Assembly: GCA_002269645.1 (NCBI GenBank)
Contig: NIVC01000646.1
Coordinates: forward strand, 62,001 to 126,000
DNA: 64,000 nucleotides
Direction: 5' to 3'
Source of the DNA: Macrostomum lignano
Lineage: Eukaryota
Part shown: positions 25,001 through 36,417 of the stretch, one piece after another
Layout: the number at the start of each line of letters is the position of its first letter
Position numbering within the stretch: position 1 is the first letter of the stretch
Translations under genes and position numbers: made by a program
The notes under the pieces: generated by a model
Database searches by the model: none
Told to the model about the DNA's origin: nothing
The model's input: the letters and a program-made list of their open reading frames with translations, nothing else

Positions 25001-26559
25001 CACTGCTAGCCACCAGCAGGAAGCTAACGGACTGCGCCGACATCCTGCAACCAGCCATTGATGCGGCCGCCGAATGGTGTAAGCGGTGGAAGGTCACCCT
25101 CAGCACCGAGAAATGCATCTACTCGACCTTCACTCTCTCGCCACAAGAGAACAACGGCAAAGTCCGACTCAACCTGCACATTAACGGAGCCGAACTTAAA
25201 TACGATCCGCACCCTCGACTCCTAGGCCTGACCCTTGACGATCAGCTAACCTTCAACAAGCATGGAGCCGAGGTAAAGGCCCGCATGGCCCGGCGCAGAG
25301 GCGCACTCACGGCCATTGCCCACCGCAACAGTGGAGCGGACCAAAACATCCTCCGCTTGGCCTATATCACCACTATCAGAGCGTGTGCAGACTACGGAAG
25401 CGGTATATGGCTAACCGGAGCAGCGCCTAGCACGCGACGCATGATCGAACAACAGCAGTCGATATGCGCGCGGATGATCACAGGCTGCTGCAGTACTACC
25501 CGCAACGAGACCACGCTCAACATCGCCAGGCTCCCCCCGATCGGCTCGATCGCCATAGAACGCGCGGCAATGCTTCGCGAGCGCATTCTTCGTCTCCCGC
25601 CGGACTGCCCGGCAGTGGATACCGCCGCCCGCTCGACGAGACCCCGCCTAAAAAATCGAAGCTATGACCCGCAAGACGAACCGGGAAGCGGAATAGGAGC
25701 CCGAGACCGCGAACGGCCACACCGCGGATGCTGGAGGAGGGCCGCACGAGAACTCCCTGTTGTAGCAACGCTCGATGAAATGGCGCGCGAGCAGATCATC
25801 ATCGCCGCCCCCTGGGAAAGCGACACCAGCGCGGAAGTTATCTTCGACACAACGGCGAGTATGGTCAACCGCAAAGCCCCGGCAGAAGAACGCGCCAGAG
25901 CGGCCGACGCGGTCCTCAGAGCGGCCCAAGAGCTCGAGATCACGGCCTGGACGGACGGCTCCGCCAACGAAGGCTGCACCCACGGAGGGGGAGCGGCCGT
26001 GATCCACTATAATGGTACCACCACTGAGCACCTAGCACCGGCCGGGACATACTGCAGCAGCTACCAAGCAGAAATGACTGCTATCGCAACCGCCCTTCGT
26101 GCCTCGTTGGAGCTACACGCCGCCGCCAACAGTATAGCCATCCTCACTGACAGCCTCAGCGCCCTGTCGGCACTGGCCCGCGGCCCGGCCGGCCAGCGTA
26201 ATGCTGCCGGGCACGCCTGCTGGGACACCATCGCGAGAGCCACCTACTCCAAGGTCTACTTCGGATGGGTACCTGGCCACTGCCAGATTGCCGGCAACGA
26301 AGCGGCTGACAGAGCGGCGGCTACGGCAGCTACCCTTCCGCAGAGCGAAGCTGCCATCACGTTAGACTCCGCGAGGGCCGCTATCCGCCGCGATCGCCGA
26401 CGCCGCGACGCAGAGCCTACCAACCAGCCGTCACCCACCGACACCACCCGCAATCGACGCGAGCAGGTGTTGGTTAATCAACTCAGAGCGGGCGTCTCCA
26501 CCATCTGCGCCGCCACCCGCCAACGTCTTGGTCTCCAAGAGGACAAAAAAGTGGAGTGA
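22015..26559 (+). CDS. LINE polyprotein: leader ending in LRLRGG, APE endonuclease with PHD insertion, reverse transcriptase, RNase H. The terminal CCHC lies in a shifted frame ending at 26722.
   Basis: APE motifs QFNCNG, LQETK, GGDFN and GSDHLPI; RT motifs LLDFSKAYD, PQGSVIAP and YADD (24985-24996); RNase H motifs WTDGS, YQAEMTAI, TDSLS and WVPGH..GNEAAD. The ORF-track start at 21688 is read-through from the minisatellite; the first element ATG is at 22015. Confidence 0.92.
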   Translation: MGPLSRSAPEHMDPPCGEVSLLPRTARTKSNDYDNGPPDQRESGNLDHVLRLRGGSDPPSKGSRHGNRRNRRHAKALEELLILQFNCNGIRARTPELTRWLDTHRPAAVLLQETKLTPDTSYTAPSGYSVAARADGSNKIDIFPGSDATESATETATATRPFQPGATCTARTFPRRPRCRLRWPDDRTDWCKGCRSSRSACTRRNEPWPDAKAQIGADNHNKTQKNNNAQSGPDRHTATTQPNDTTGATSGPLGKNTTEKPKNINLQPGLDTASTWLCAACNNIITKRQTSLRCNQCWNWLHLKCSGLKRSKDWNDEYIGSCCSTPQDASRSSTPSTLPKSTPKDPVTVRPANPSTPPQRRSKRAGRGGALIMVRNDINFTTLPDQSKAALDIAACTLHLKGQGDLNIASVYAAPHSSQRQHEAWTPDLSCIPITGNTVIGGDFNCHGYWDPFQPGDNRGAELETWASNNNLNICNTRNSATRLNPATGGNSAPDCTLARGRPSAVVCRTWSTAKDLGSDHLPITFCVQARRPHRQQRQAQWSYKKANWHIFKETLQNHVQDAAESPEAEHKRICKAILQAAAAAIPKGARNGAQNISRPFWNDECDTALHRNQQARKNVETDASDTNMQELTQARTCLRNTIHNAKKEFWSETCKDMKLDTNLYRTLRNMRGEAKPQASSSTISYTNPTSGRTKVAITKKNKADLFMQIYAKESRLDKGDNDEAIVKEANRILRNCRATATNHGPESDFTIGEFRHIIRRLKSGKCPGPDQVSNEMLKQLPLAMELQILNLLNRVWKGDQVPTEWRRATIIPILKKDKSPSSPSSYRPIALTSSICKVGEKLVQQRLNAYLEREHKLAPEQAGFRQGRSTEEVLAHTCQSIFDGFEEQPAKRSAICLLDFSKAYDRVWRAALTVKLYELTVPARFILWVHKFLRDRRARVKWQQTISRERVLEEGLPQGSVIAPTLWTTYVNDLPTTIKRASPDCKINLYADDSSLLATSRKLTDCADILQPAIDAAAEWCKRWKVTLSTEKCIYSTFTLSPQENNGKVRLNLHINGAELKYDPHPRLLGLTLDDQLTFNKHGAEVKARMARRRGALTAIAHRNSGADQNILRLAYITTIRACADYGSGIWLTGAAPSTRRMIEQQQSICARMITGCCSTTRNETTLNIARLPPIGSIAIERAAMLRERILRLPPDCPAVDTAARSTRPRLKNRSYDPQDEPGSGIGARDRERPHRGCWRRAARELPVVATLDEMAREQIIIAAPWESDTSAEVIFDTTASMVNRKAPAEERARAADAVLRAAQELEITAWTDGSANEGCTHGGGAAVIHYNGTTTEHLAPAGTYCSSYQAEMTAIATALRASLELHAAANSIAILTDSLSALSALARGPAGQRNAAGHACWDTIARATYSKVYFGWVPGHCQIAGNEAADRAAATAATLPQSEAAITLDSARAAIRRDRRRRDAEPTNQPSPTDTTRNRREQVLVNQLRAGVSTICAATRQRLGLQEDKKVE

Positions 26560-26769
26560 CTGCGGCGCGGTGGACACGGCCGACCACCTCCTCCGCCGCT
26601 GCCCAAGAGGTGACGCCGCCAGAGCCCGCTACTTCGGCGTCGAGGACCCCCTATCGGCGCCGACAGGCCGGATCATCGCGTTCGTACGTGCTGTGGGGCG
26701 CCTGAGCCCCCGCCAATATTGACGCCGAAGCGTCAACGGCGTGCCGGGAAACAGAAGAAGAAGAAGAAG

Positions 26770-27337
26770 CATGGGGAGGGGACAGAGCAGACACAGCAGC
26801 ATGGGGAGGGGACAGAGCAGACACAGCATGGGGAGGGGACAGAGCAGACACAGCATGGGGAGGGCACAGAGCAGACACAGCAGCATGGGGAGGGGACAGA
26901 GCAGACACAGCATGGGGAGGGGACAGAGCAGACACAGCTGCATGGGGAGGGGACAGAGCAGACACAGCAGCATGGGGAGGGGACAGAGCAGACACAGCAG
27001 CATGGAGAAGGGACAGAGCAGACACAGCTGCATGGGGAGGGGACAGAGCAGACACAGCATGGGGAGGGCACAGAGCAGACACAGCAGCATGGGGAGGGGA
27101 CAGAGCAGACACAGCAGCATGGGGATGGGACAGAGCAGACACAGCAGCATGGGGAGGGGACAGAGCAGACACAGCAGCATGGGGAGGGGACAGAGCAGAC
27201 ACAGCAGCATGGGGAGGGGACAGAGCAGACACAGCAGCATGGGGAGGGGACAGAGCAGACACAGCAGCATGGGGAGGGGACAGAGCAGACACAGCCCCAT
27301 GGAGAAGGGACAGAGCAGACACAGCATGGGGAGGGAA
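26770..27337. repeat. 27/30-bp minisatellite, right part of the split array
   Basis: Direct reading. It ends about 40 bp from the STARD10 exon 3 donor. Confidence 0.97.
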
Positions 27338-27375
27338 TATCCTGTAAGGAGACAAATACCAATGACAATTCTCAC

Positions 27376-27479
27376 CCTGTGAAAGACGGAATGATTCAGA
27401 ATGATGCATTCCAGCGGCGTGGCCATCCAAGACCGCTGCGTCACAAAATCGCGATTTTTCAAGGGCGGCAGGCTCTGAA
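27376..27479 (-). CDS. STARD10: STARD10-like exon 3
   Basis: TTTCAG|TT...CAC AGG|GTGAGA. Encodes (I)[34 protein letters not shown] (compare human PKPLKNRDVITLRSW...IIMNYSVKHP). Confidence 0.93.
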
Positions 27480-27794
27480 CTGAAATGGTGATTGTTTTAC
27501 ACGAAATAGGCGGGGACTGTCGCTTTCGTGTCTGCTTGACCGCTGATTAGCAAAGACTTGATTTATTTCTTTTTTCGAATGTCACGTGAATCCGACAATT
27601 TAGCAGCAGATGTTAGTTGCAGAAAACACAGATCTTTGATTATGCTAATCAAGGCAACTAGATGCAAGACAGCAAAATTATCCACTCGCTGCCAAGTTTC
27701 ACTACTTATAGTAAAAGATTTAGTCAATGGCAGCGTTTTTGCATCCATTGTCTACCCAATATGACGCATATATTAATCTCAATATATCTCAAGT

Positions 27795-28268
27795 TCGACT
27801 TATCTTAATGATTTAGTCTATGGGCAATCTAATCCATCTCGATTTAGTCTATGGCCAATCTAATCTATCTCGATCTAGTCTATGGCCAATCTAATCCATC
27901 TCGATCTAGTCTATGGCCAATCTAATCCATCTCTATCTAGTCTATGGCCAATACAATCCATCGCGATCTAGTCTATGGCCAATCTAATCCATTTTGATTT
28001 AGTCTATGGCCAATCTAATCCATCTCGATCTAGTCTATGGCCAATCTAACCCATCTTCATCTAGTCTCTAACCAATCTAATCAAACTCGATCTAGTCTCT
28101 AACCAATTTAATCCATCTCCATCTAGTCTATGGCGAATCTAACCCATCTTGATCTAGTCTCTAACCAATCTAATCAAACTCGATCTAGTCTCTAACCAAT
28201 TTAATCCATCTCCATCTAGTCTATGGCCAATCTAATCCATTTCCATTTAATCTCTCGCCAATCTAATC
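27795..28268. repeat. 31-bp minisatellite (TCTAGTCTATGGCCAATCTAATCCATCTCGA), about 15 copies, in STARD10 intron 2
   Basis: Direct reading. Confidence 0.92.
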
Positions 28269-28281
28269 AGCGGAGACTCAC

Positions 28282-28429
28282 TAGCATAATATCCGATATC
28301 GTTATTCGCATCAATGTGGCAGAGGTCTCGGCCCTCAACCATGCAGCGGTCCCATAGGCGTCGATAATCAGGGTCGTGCAGCACGTCGTAGACAAGCTCC
28401 ATTGACACGTCGCTCAAATCGAAGTCGAC
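28282..28429 (-). CDS. STARD10: STARD10-like exon 2
   Basis: ATTCAG|GTC...GCT A|GTGAGT. Encodes VDFDLSDVSMELVYDVLHDPDYRRLWDRCMVEGRDLCHIDANNDIGYYA (compare LYDVLHDIEYRKKWD...NADVGYY). Confidence 0.94.
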
Positions 28430-28695
28430 CTGAATGGGATACGGTACGGGTGGAGTAATAAAAATATACTGATTGACATCAATTATTTCGCTTTCCTACT
28501 AATAGCAGCTATTTGAAAAAGCAAACTAGTTTTGCTGAGAAATTTTGAGTTGTGATTTAGATATCAGCTTGTGACTGAGATATCAGTTTGTGACTGGTAT
28601 CTCACTTGCTAATTATATGGCACTATTTAACACAGCAAAATTGCATAGATACAACCTGCTCAGAAACCATGAGACAGCAAGTTTTAGGGTCGAAC

Positions 28696-28863
28696 CTTCA
28701 TCATTTTAATATTGGTCTGGTTAGTAGACTTGGTGCACACTTCTGTCGAACCTTTCACGTACTCCTGCTTCCAGCCATCGCGGTTGGTGCACAATGCTTT
28801 GAAAGTCATGAAATCTTCGTCAGTGGCCACGCGAACTTCGCCAACTTCAAAGAAATTTGCCAT
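28696..28863 (-). CDS. STARD10: STARD10-like exon 1 (coding start)
   Basis: ATG at 28863. Encodes [56 protein letters not shown], then AAG|GTTCGA. The five exons total 831 nt, giving 276 aa plus stop. Confidence 0.88.
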
Positions 28864-29160
28864 AAGTGCTAGCAGAGTGGGAAATGACAGGACTTCTTTA
28901 CTTGCTGTTTGTAAACTTGAATAACGTTTTAAATTCACTTATTCTAGATGACTGGGCCCAAGATATAAACTTTATTATCATGAAGTATAGCAATAAACAA
29001 AAATTCCAATATTCAATAATATTTCAAAGTATATTAATAAGATTTGATTAAAGTTCAAGTGATCTATATAGATTTTAATGTTAAAAAATTAATGCTATTT
29101 TATACATATCATTTTTATTGTAGTAGTGTTAATTAGTAAATAAGCTCTTTAATAAGCATA

Positions 29161-29588
29161 TATTGGTTTTTGCGAGCTATCTCAGCCAAGGAGCAAGCAA
29201 ACTCATCCATCCCATAGATTTCAATACGACGAAGGAGGTGGTTTGAACCATAGACTATCACATTTTTTCAATCAAACTCATCCAACGGGCGAGCAATCTT
29301 AGCCATAGCTTGTTTATTAAGCGAAAAATTTAATTGGTTCATATATAAGAGACTTTATGATAGAGCAGCACATCAGAACACAGGAAATTGAGGAGGAGGA
29401 GGAAAGAAAGAAAGGAAGAGGAAATGAATGGGCAGACAAGCTATGGCTGAGATTGCTCGCCCGTTGGATGAGTTTGGTTGAAAAAACATGATAGTCTATG
29501 GTTCAAACCACCTCCTTTGTTGTATTGAAATCTATGGGATGGATGAGTTTGCTTGCTCCTTGGCTGAGATAGCTTGCAAAAACCAATA
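29161..29588. mobile_element. foldback element/MITE with 153-bp inverted arms and a ~122-bp spacer
   Basis: 29161-29313 is the reverse complement of 29436-29588, with about 7 mismatches. Both ends read TA, compatible with a TA target duplication. Confidence 0.88.
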
Positions 29589-30758
29589 CTTTTTCAATGA
29601 AGCAGAAGGAAAACACACCATATATACTACTGATAAGTAGAATACTAACAAGATCAAAGTGACATGAAGTACCCATAGATATCAGAAATATACATACAGT
29701 GTTAAGAAGGACATGACCATCTAATCTTAGTAATGCCTAAGGATTGGATTAATGACTAGGTGGATACCCTGCACTTATGCAGATAGGATGATATTCTCAA
29801 GTGGCTGTGCCCAATCTATCAAGTCTCAGAGAATTGTTTTGAATGAGAATTGAAAAGATATCTACACTCTCACAATGACTTTCATAGGTCATGGCTGCTT
29901 TTCTAAGCACTGTTTCCTTTAAGGCAACCATTAGGGCAAACTTTGCCCCTTTTGCAACCTTAAGAATAAAAATATGAAGCACTTTGTCCACTACTGCCTA
30001 GCTTTCAACTGAGACTAGCTCCATTATCTTGGGCCCAACTTGTTCCTAGACAATGCTTGCCAGCCTAATAATATTTCATGGCTTAATCTATTTTCTTAGC
30101 GCCAAGAAACAAGCCTCTTTCTTCCTTATTGAAGACCATATATGCATATTACCTAGCCAATGTAAGTTGCAAAAATGTTTATACAAAAAATATATGCACA
30201 GTTATTAATTAGATAATGAGGCATTTAGCCTTAATAATAAAGTCATAGTTATTCTTGCCATTTACCCAAAATTATGTTAAACTTTCCTTACATTTCTTTT
30301 ATATATAAGTTGCATTTCTAGTCAAAAACTACCAACAAACCTACCAACAATAATAGCAAGAATAAGCCTATGTCAGAATAAAAATTCTAGTTTTTGTTAT
30401 TAGACCATAACTCTAAGCTACTAATTTTCTATTTAAGAAGGTTCTATAGTAGATGCCATGGCCATAGGACTGCCTAGGAGGGTGATGTTTGATTTCTTTT
30501 TATCCTAATATCAATAGGCCTAGGCCTTCCTTAGGCTATTGCTTTATAAACTAAACTCAATTATGTTATAATCAAATGTGTTTTTCTAAGCTGATAGCGA
30601 TACTAACATGTAAAAAGCACATCTATTAGGTTTATATATACTAGTCTATATATCACATTCCAATTTAGAGCTTACAATAAGTTTCTTGTTTACAAATTTT
30701 TATATCAAATTAGATGGCTTTATAAACCAAAATTGTACTATTAGGCCCTAAGGCCCCT

Positions 30759-31350
30759 ATAGTCAGGATGATGTATAATATGCCGGAAATTTCTGGCGTA
30801 CAATTGAAAATTTTACTTTTTTGGTGTACAATTGGCATAAAAATGAGGCAAAATATATTTGGCATACCTTTTGGCGTGATGCCATGACGTAAATATGCCA
30901 AGCAGCTCATATGCCAACTCCAACCTTCATGCCAAAGTTAATATTAACAATTGTTGGCATAACGCTATAACCTCAGAATCTTATTATAAAATCATAAAAA
31001 CCATAAAACTCATAAGATGAAAGTTTATAACCATTTGTGATTTATAAAAATAAAAAATTCTATGCAAACTAATTGTGTAATTTTTTAAAAAAACTTAAAC
31101 AAAAATTGATTTTTTTGTTGGCATTATCTGTAAGCCAATTTAGGCCCTACTTTAAATGAAAACCACACATTTGTTAAATAATTTATTTGAAGAAAAATGT
31201 GTAACATGCAAAAAAGGTCATTTATTGTCGTAAAGCCTAGAAAACCTGGCGTAAGTTCCTAGGACCTTGGCATACGTTTCAGTATGAAGTGGCGTAGATT
31301 TTTTAGGGGACTTTTTATTCCAGCGTATACCATGACATGATCCTGACTAT
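30759..31350. mobile_element. MITE, about 590 bp, TIR ATAGTCAGGAT(G/C)ATGT
   Basis: 15/16 inverted match between 30759-30774 and 31335-31350. Shares the terminal ATAGTCAGGA with the element at 48648. Confidence 0.6.
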
Positions 31351-34249
31351 GGCTAGGCCCTAATATAGATTTAAAAATGTTCAACCCTGGGACCCTAAGA
31401 TCCTGGTTCAAATAGTTGGGATCTTAGGATTGGCAAAGTATGGAATATTTCAATCTTAAGAATCCTTTGATTGACAAAACTTAGGATTTTTAATTTTGTA
31501 AAATATAGCTATAGGCCTAGCCTAAGGCCTATCCTAATATTTATTCAATAGGGAGGGGGGCTATAAACCTATAAATTATGAAATTTGCTAAGCAGCTTAT
31601 TGATTGCTACATCAAAGCTACTACACTAGTGACTAGGTCAGATTATCTCATAGCATAGGAAAAAGAATGCATGCAAATTCAATAACAAACAAATTCAGCA
31701 ACAGAAATTTAACTCAGACAAATTTAACGAACACAAATTTGGCAACAAGACTTCAAGTCTGATTTTATGATTGCAACCAAGGCTTCAGATATAAGCCATC
31801 TGTCAGACCAACCCCATCCCCTTCGATAACAGTACAACACAACACATAACTTAACTTAAGTACGAGATGTGCATCGTCAGCAGTGTCAGCTGAGCGCACA
31901 GCAGAAAAATGTGACACTGTTTTTTTCGCCAGAGACAAGGTGCAAAATCGCACTCTGTGCCCAATTTCAGGGTGCGATTTTAGGGCTTAGAGTGCAATTT
32001 CTTTTATTAAATGAGGCTTACGCCTTAAAAGGAAAATAGGTTATGAGACCGCACCTAAACCGCACGCACTTTTCTATTTCAGGGTGCGATTTCAAAATTT
32101 AGGGTGCATACGCACACTCTACTGACAAAAAACCAAGAACGTACATGTATGAGAAAATTGAGAAGTACTGTCAATTGATACTACTGCTGTACATGAGGGT
32201 CCATTGAGATTTCTGTGCAAACAAGTGCCTTAAATCTCCAGCCACTAAACTCCTGAGTGCTGCATGACCTATAATAGAAGAAACTGAATCAGTCTGAGTG
32301 ATCGATCGAAATAGACAGATGTCGCGCGTCTAAGTTAAGAATGAATTATGAACATTTCTTTGAAAGCAACTTTTAAAAAGTACAGGAAATAATGGATAAA
32401 ACAAACTCAATTAAAAAGAAAGCTAGTATGCATTGTTTGCCACTATTTTACTGAAATAATTGATAATGTTATACAGAATTATTATGATGCTAAATTTGAT
32501 TAGATTGTCGCTGAATTTGCTTTCGCCGAATTTGTCCATGGTGAATCTCTGTCCACCCTCTGTCGCCGAATTTATTTGTCGACTAAGTGGTCAGCACGGG
32601 TCCTTCCAGGGGAGCATAGACATAAACAGCGGAGTTCATATTTTAAATACTTAGTTTTAAAAAGCACCATATGAATGACTTATGCGAGTTTAAAAAATGG
32701 CAAATCGAAATAATCTAATGTACATGCATCTCTGCACATGAATATACATGTAAATACGGATGCATGCTAACTACCTGAAAAACTGCAGAGTGCAGTATGA
32801 CTCCACTGTCTCCACATTCGATTTTTCTAGAAATGAGCTAGAGATTCGTAAGGGGCGCCATCACAAACCCTAAAAATCACAACCTCGAACGCACCTCCGA
32901 TCATAAACGATCCTTAATTAGCATGCCTGCATTTTGGATTTTCGAGAATATGATTTTTAGGGTTTGTGATATTTCGGGTTTATGATTTAAGGTGCTTCGA
33001 GAATTTGATATTTGGATTTGTGATGCCCCCGATTCTTACGGAACGATGTTTGTCGAATCGCTAGTGCATGCTGCTCTCTACTAGAATGTTTTTCGCGGAT
33101 TTCTGAATTTTTCTGGTTTATTTGGCGAAACCCATTCAGCTCTTGTCTCTAGATCATATTAAATGCACTAGCGATACGATAAATGTGTATGGCTCGATGT
33201 TCCTTTGGCCTCCGTCTCATTTTATAGAAAATCGAATTTAGCGACCCTTCTACCTGCAGTACATATTAACATTATTAGCATGTAAAATAAGTAAGAGCTA
33301 TTAGGACAGATACACTGCGAATATAATAGCTATACAAATAATCTTTTTACTTGGAAGAATATTTGCGTGCATTAATCTGATTGACTTCAATAACACATTC
33401 CGAAGAAAAAGTGTGGCAATCACGTCATATGACTCTCTCAGACGGCCAGGCAGAAACTGGTACTCTACTTTTTTACCTTCCAGCTGATACTGTATATATG
33501 AAAATGTGGTGCCACCTAAAGAAGACGGCATTAGAATAAAGAATCCAGAGAGCAATACAGAGAATCCTGTAAGCCAGATGAATTACAGAAATAATAAAAT
33601 AATAAAAATACCATTGCTACTGCCAGTAATATTCATGGTACAGCGAGATCGATTTTAGATTTGTCTGTATTTTTTGTAAAAGGCCTTTTTTCCTTAACAA
33701 TATTGCATAAATAGACTGTCTACAAGCAACGTCTAATTGCCTTGCGTAAGTTAACTGCAATATTGTATCCATGTAAATTTACATATAACTGCATGCTGGT
33801 AGTCTGCACTAAAAAACGTCACAAATTTGACAGAAATATCTGGGCTCAGGTGCAACAATCCAGCAGATAAAAATACTTCGGTTATCTACAAACAATTTGC
33901 TGACGCAGAAAAATTTTAATTGTAACGACCACACCTCTTAATTGATAAGATATGAAAAGATTGATAATATAACGACGACACCTCTTAATTGTCGAGGACC
34001 AGAATCTAGAACAGCAACTCGTCCCCCAAACCCAGGCTATATTCAGCCAACATTAGGCTGACTCCAGCCTTTTTTGGTTGGCTGGATCGATTTTTAGTGA
34101 ACGTTGATGTCATTGTAAAGATGAATAAAAATGATCAACAGTTCCGTTTGGCGTAAAAATTTTTGCTTTGCAAAATGGAGATCGCCAATAAAGGCAGGAG
34201 CTGGCAAACTCCGGCCCGCGAAGCTCCTCTCTATCTGGCTTTGTGTCTC

Positions 34250-34530
34250 TTCTCATCTCCTCTCTCTCTCTCTTCTCTCTTTTTTATCTCCTCTCTCTCT
34301 CTTCTCTCTTTTCTTATCTCCTCTCTCTCTCTCTTCTCTCTTTTCTTATCTCCTCTCTCTCTCTCTCTCTCTTCTCTCTTTTCTTATCTCCTCTCTCTCT
34401 CTCTTCTCTCTTTTCTTATCTCCTCTCTCTCTCTTCTCTCTTTTCTTATCTCCTCTCTCTCTCTTCTCTCTTTTCTTATCTCCTCTCTCTCTCTCATCTC
34501 ATTTTTCCTCTTGACTCTCCTCTAGGCTCA
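34250..34530. repeat. CT-rich ~30-bp degenerate tandem repeat
   Basis: Direct reading. Confidence 0.85.
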
Positions 34531-34767
34531 ATTGTCTCTCCTTCCTTAGCTCATCAGACCCGCGGCGATGATCTGAATTTTTTCCGAGGCCCCTAATGTA
34601 ATTTAAATAGTTTGCCGAGGCCATGCAGCAAGCTCGATTTTAAAACCAGAACACCATTCGACATGTCATCAAAATTTCTATTTGTATCTACATGTACTTG
34701 TACCCACATTAACAGTTATATAGTTAAAATGAACAGGATAGGTATAAAGTGTTGTGCCGATAATAGA

Positions 34768-34782
34768 CCGACAGACAGATAA

Positions 34783-34851
<69 letters not shown>

Positions 34852-34900
34852 AAGACAGACAGACAGACAGACAGACAGACACACAGACAGACAGACAGAC
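34768..34900. repeat. (AGAC)n microsatellite
   Basis: Direct reading. Confidence 0.95.
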
Positions 34901-35138
34901 GGCTAGTATCTACGCTCGTATGGTTCGAACACAAAATAGGAGTAGGAACACCTCAATCTGTTCATCGAAAAAAGATAAGCTATAAAACTCCGTGTGATGT
35001 ACACGCACGTGTCAGTAGTATATTTTTTGATAAAACCGAGGTATGCAGTAAGCAACAAAGAATTTAATTAACATTCTCGCATTTCTTCGCTACACACTCG
35101 TCGGACAGACTGACTGTAAGCTCATTCACCGCATCGCG

Positions 35139-35206
35139 TCAGGGCTGCGCGGCTGGTGGCGACATGGCCGACTTCTCCTGCTGCTCAGCGAGGCGTCGCT
35201 GCTTGT
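35139..35206 (-). CDS. uncharacterised single-pass membrane protein, last exon
   Basis: TTTTGCAG|AC completes phase 1 from the upstream exon. Encodes (D)KQRRLAEQQEKSAMSPPAAQP, then TGA at 35141-35139. Confidence 0.6.
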
Positions 35207-35763
35207 CTGCAAAACCAATGGGCGCGTGTCGCGTTGTGACGAATTAAAAAAACAAATATTTTTACTTCTAGTAGTGTACATTATGATTGTAATGTTTTTT
35301 AACGTTTTCGCTATTTTTTACTTTAAGTAGTCGTAACGTTTCGTTATTTCTAACATGTTTTCTCACACAGTTTAATTATCAACGATCGACTCTATGCTTC
35401 CTGTCAATCACTGCAGCCTCCTGGATTGATGAAGATCGAGCTACTCTCCAAGCTGGGACAATAAGCAATTTCATGCCACTGCTGCTGGCCTTCTTTATGA
35501 ATCATTCTTGTTTCCTTCCTTGTAGAAGCTGTCGCACAATGACAAGCTGAAATATGTTTTGCCTATGGAAACCTTTTTTCCAAAATAATCAGAGATGTAG
35601 AGGGGATGGGAGGCATAAGCGTTTGCGGGTGAGCAGATAAGAAGGGTGGAGTGCCGATAAAAGCAGAGCAAGGCGAGCGGGAGCTGGAGAGGCACGGGGG
35701 AGTGCAGTATAACAAAAGAGAATTTTTTGAAGCGAAGACTACCGTACGTATAATAGGGAAGGA

Positions 35764-36408
35764 ATAGCAGAGAGCGGATAGCAGAGAGCGGATAGCAGAG
35801 AGCGGATAGCAGAGAGCGGATAGCAGAGAGCGGATAGCAGAGAGCGGATAGCAGAGAGCGGATAGCAGAGAGCGGATAGCAGAGAGCGGATAGCAGAGAG
35901 CGGATAGCAGAGAGCGGATAGCAGAGAGCGGATAGCAGAGAGCGGATAGCAGAGAGCGGATAGCAGAGAGCGGATAGCAGAGAGCGGATAGCAGAGAGCG
36001 GATAGCAGAGAGCGGATAGCAGAGAGCGGATAGCAGAGAGCGGATAGCAGAGAGCGGATAGCAGAGAGCGGATAGCAGAGAGCGGATAGCAGAGAGCGGA
36101 TAGCAGAGAGCGGATAGCAGAGAGCGGATAGCAGAGAGCGGATAGCAGAGAGCGGATAGCAGAGAGCGGATAGCAGAGAGCGGATAGCAGAGAGCGGATA
36201 GCAGAGAGCGGATAGCAGAGAGCGGATAGCAGAGAGCGGATAGCAGAGAGCGGATAGCAGAGAGCGGATAGCAGAGAGCGGATAGCAGAGAGCGGATAGC
36301 AGAGAGCGGATAGCAGAGAGCGGATAGCAGAGAGCGGATAGCAGAGAGCGGATAGCAGAGAGCGGATAGCAGAGAGCGAATAGCAGAGAGCGGATAGCAG
36401 AGAGCGGA
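35764..36408. repeat. near-perfect 14-bp tandem repeat (ATAGCAGAGAGCGG), about 46 copies, intronic
   Basis: Direct reading. It begins about 10 nt from the donor at 36417. Confidence 0.98.
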
Positions 36409-36417
36409 GCGGCTCAC

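Larger units (their letters stand above)
22005..26769 (+). mobile_element. near full-length Ingi-like (I group) non-LTR retrotransposon with a single ORF: APE(+PHD)-RT-RNase H-CCHC
   Basis: 5' HDV-like fold, coding region 22015-26722, 3' hairpin TTGACGC-CGAA-GCGTCAA (26719-26736) and (AAG)n tail (26753-26769). The minisatellite register implies a 12-14 bp target duplication, (AG)CATGGGGAGGGG. Clade assignment rests on architecture only. Confidence 0.9.

Noticed and set aside
32860-32970. 20-bp perfect inverted repeat (ATCACAAACCCTAAAAATCA)
   Set aside because: Real, but probably internal to an undefined degenerate MITE. No boundaries or TSD were found.
35495-36417. 457-aa and 284-aa ORFs with LLSALCYPLSAIRS repeats
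   Set aside because: Read-through of the 14-bp intronic array past a consensus donor at 36417.
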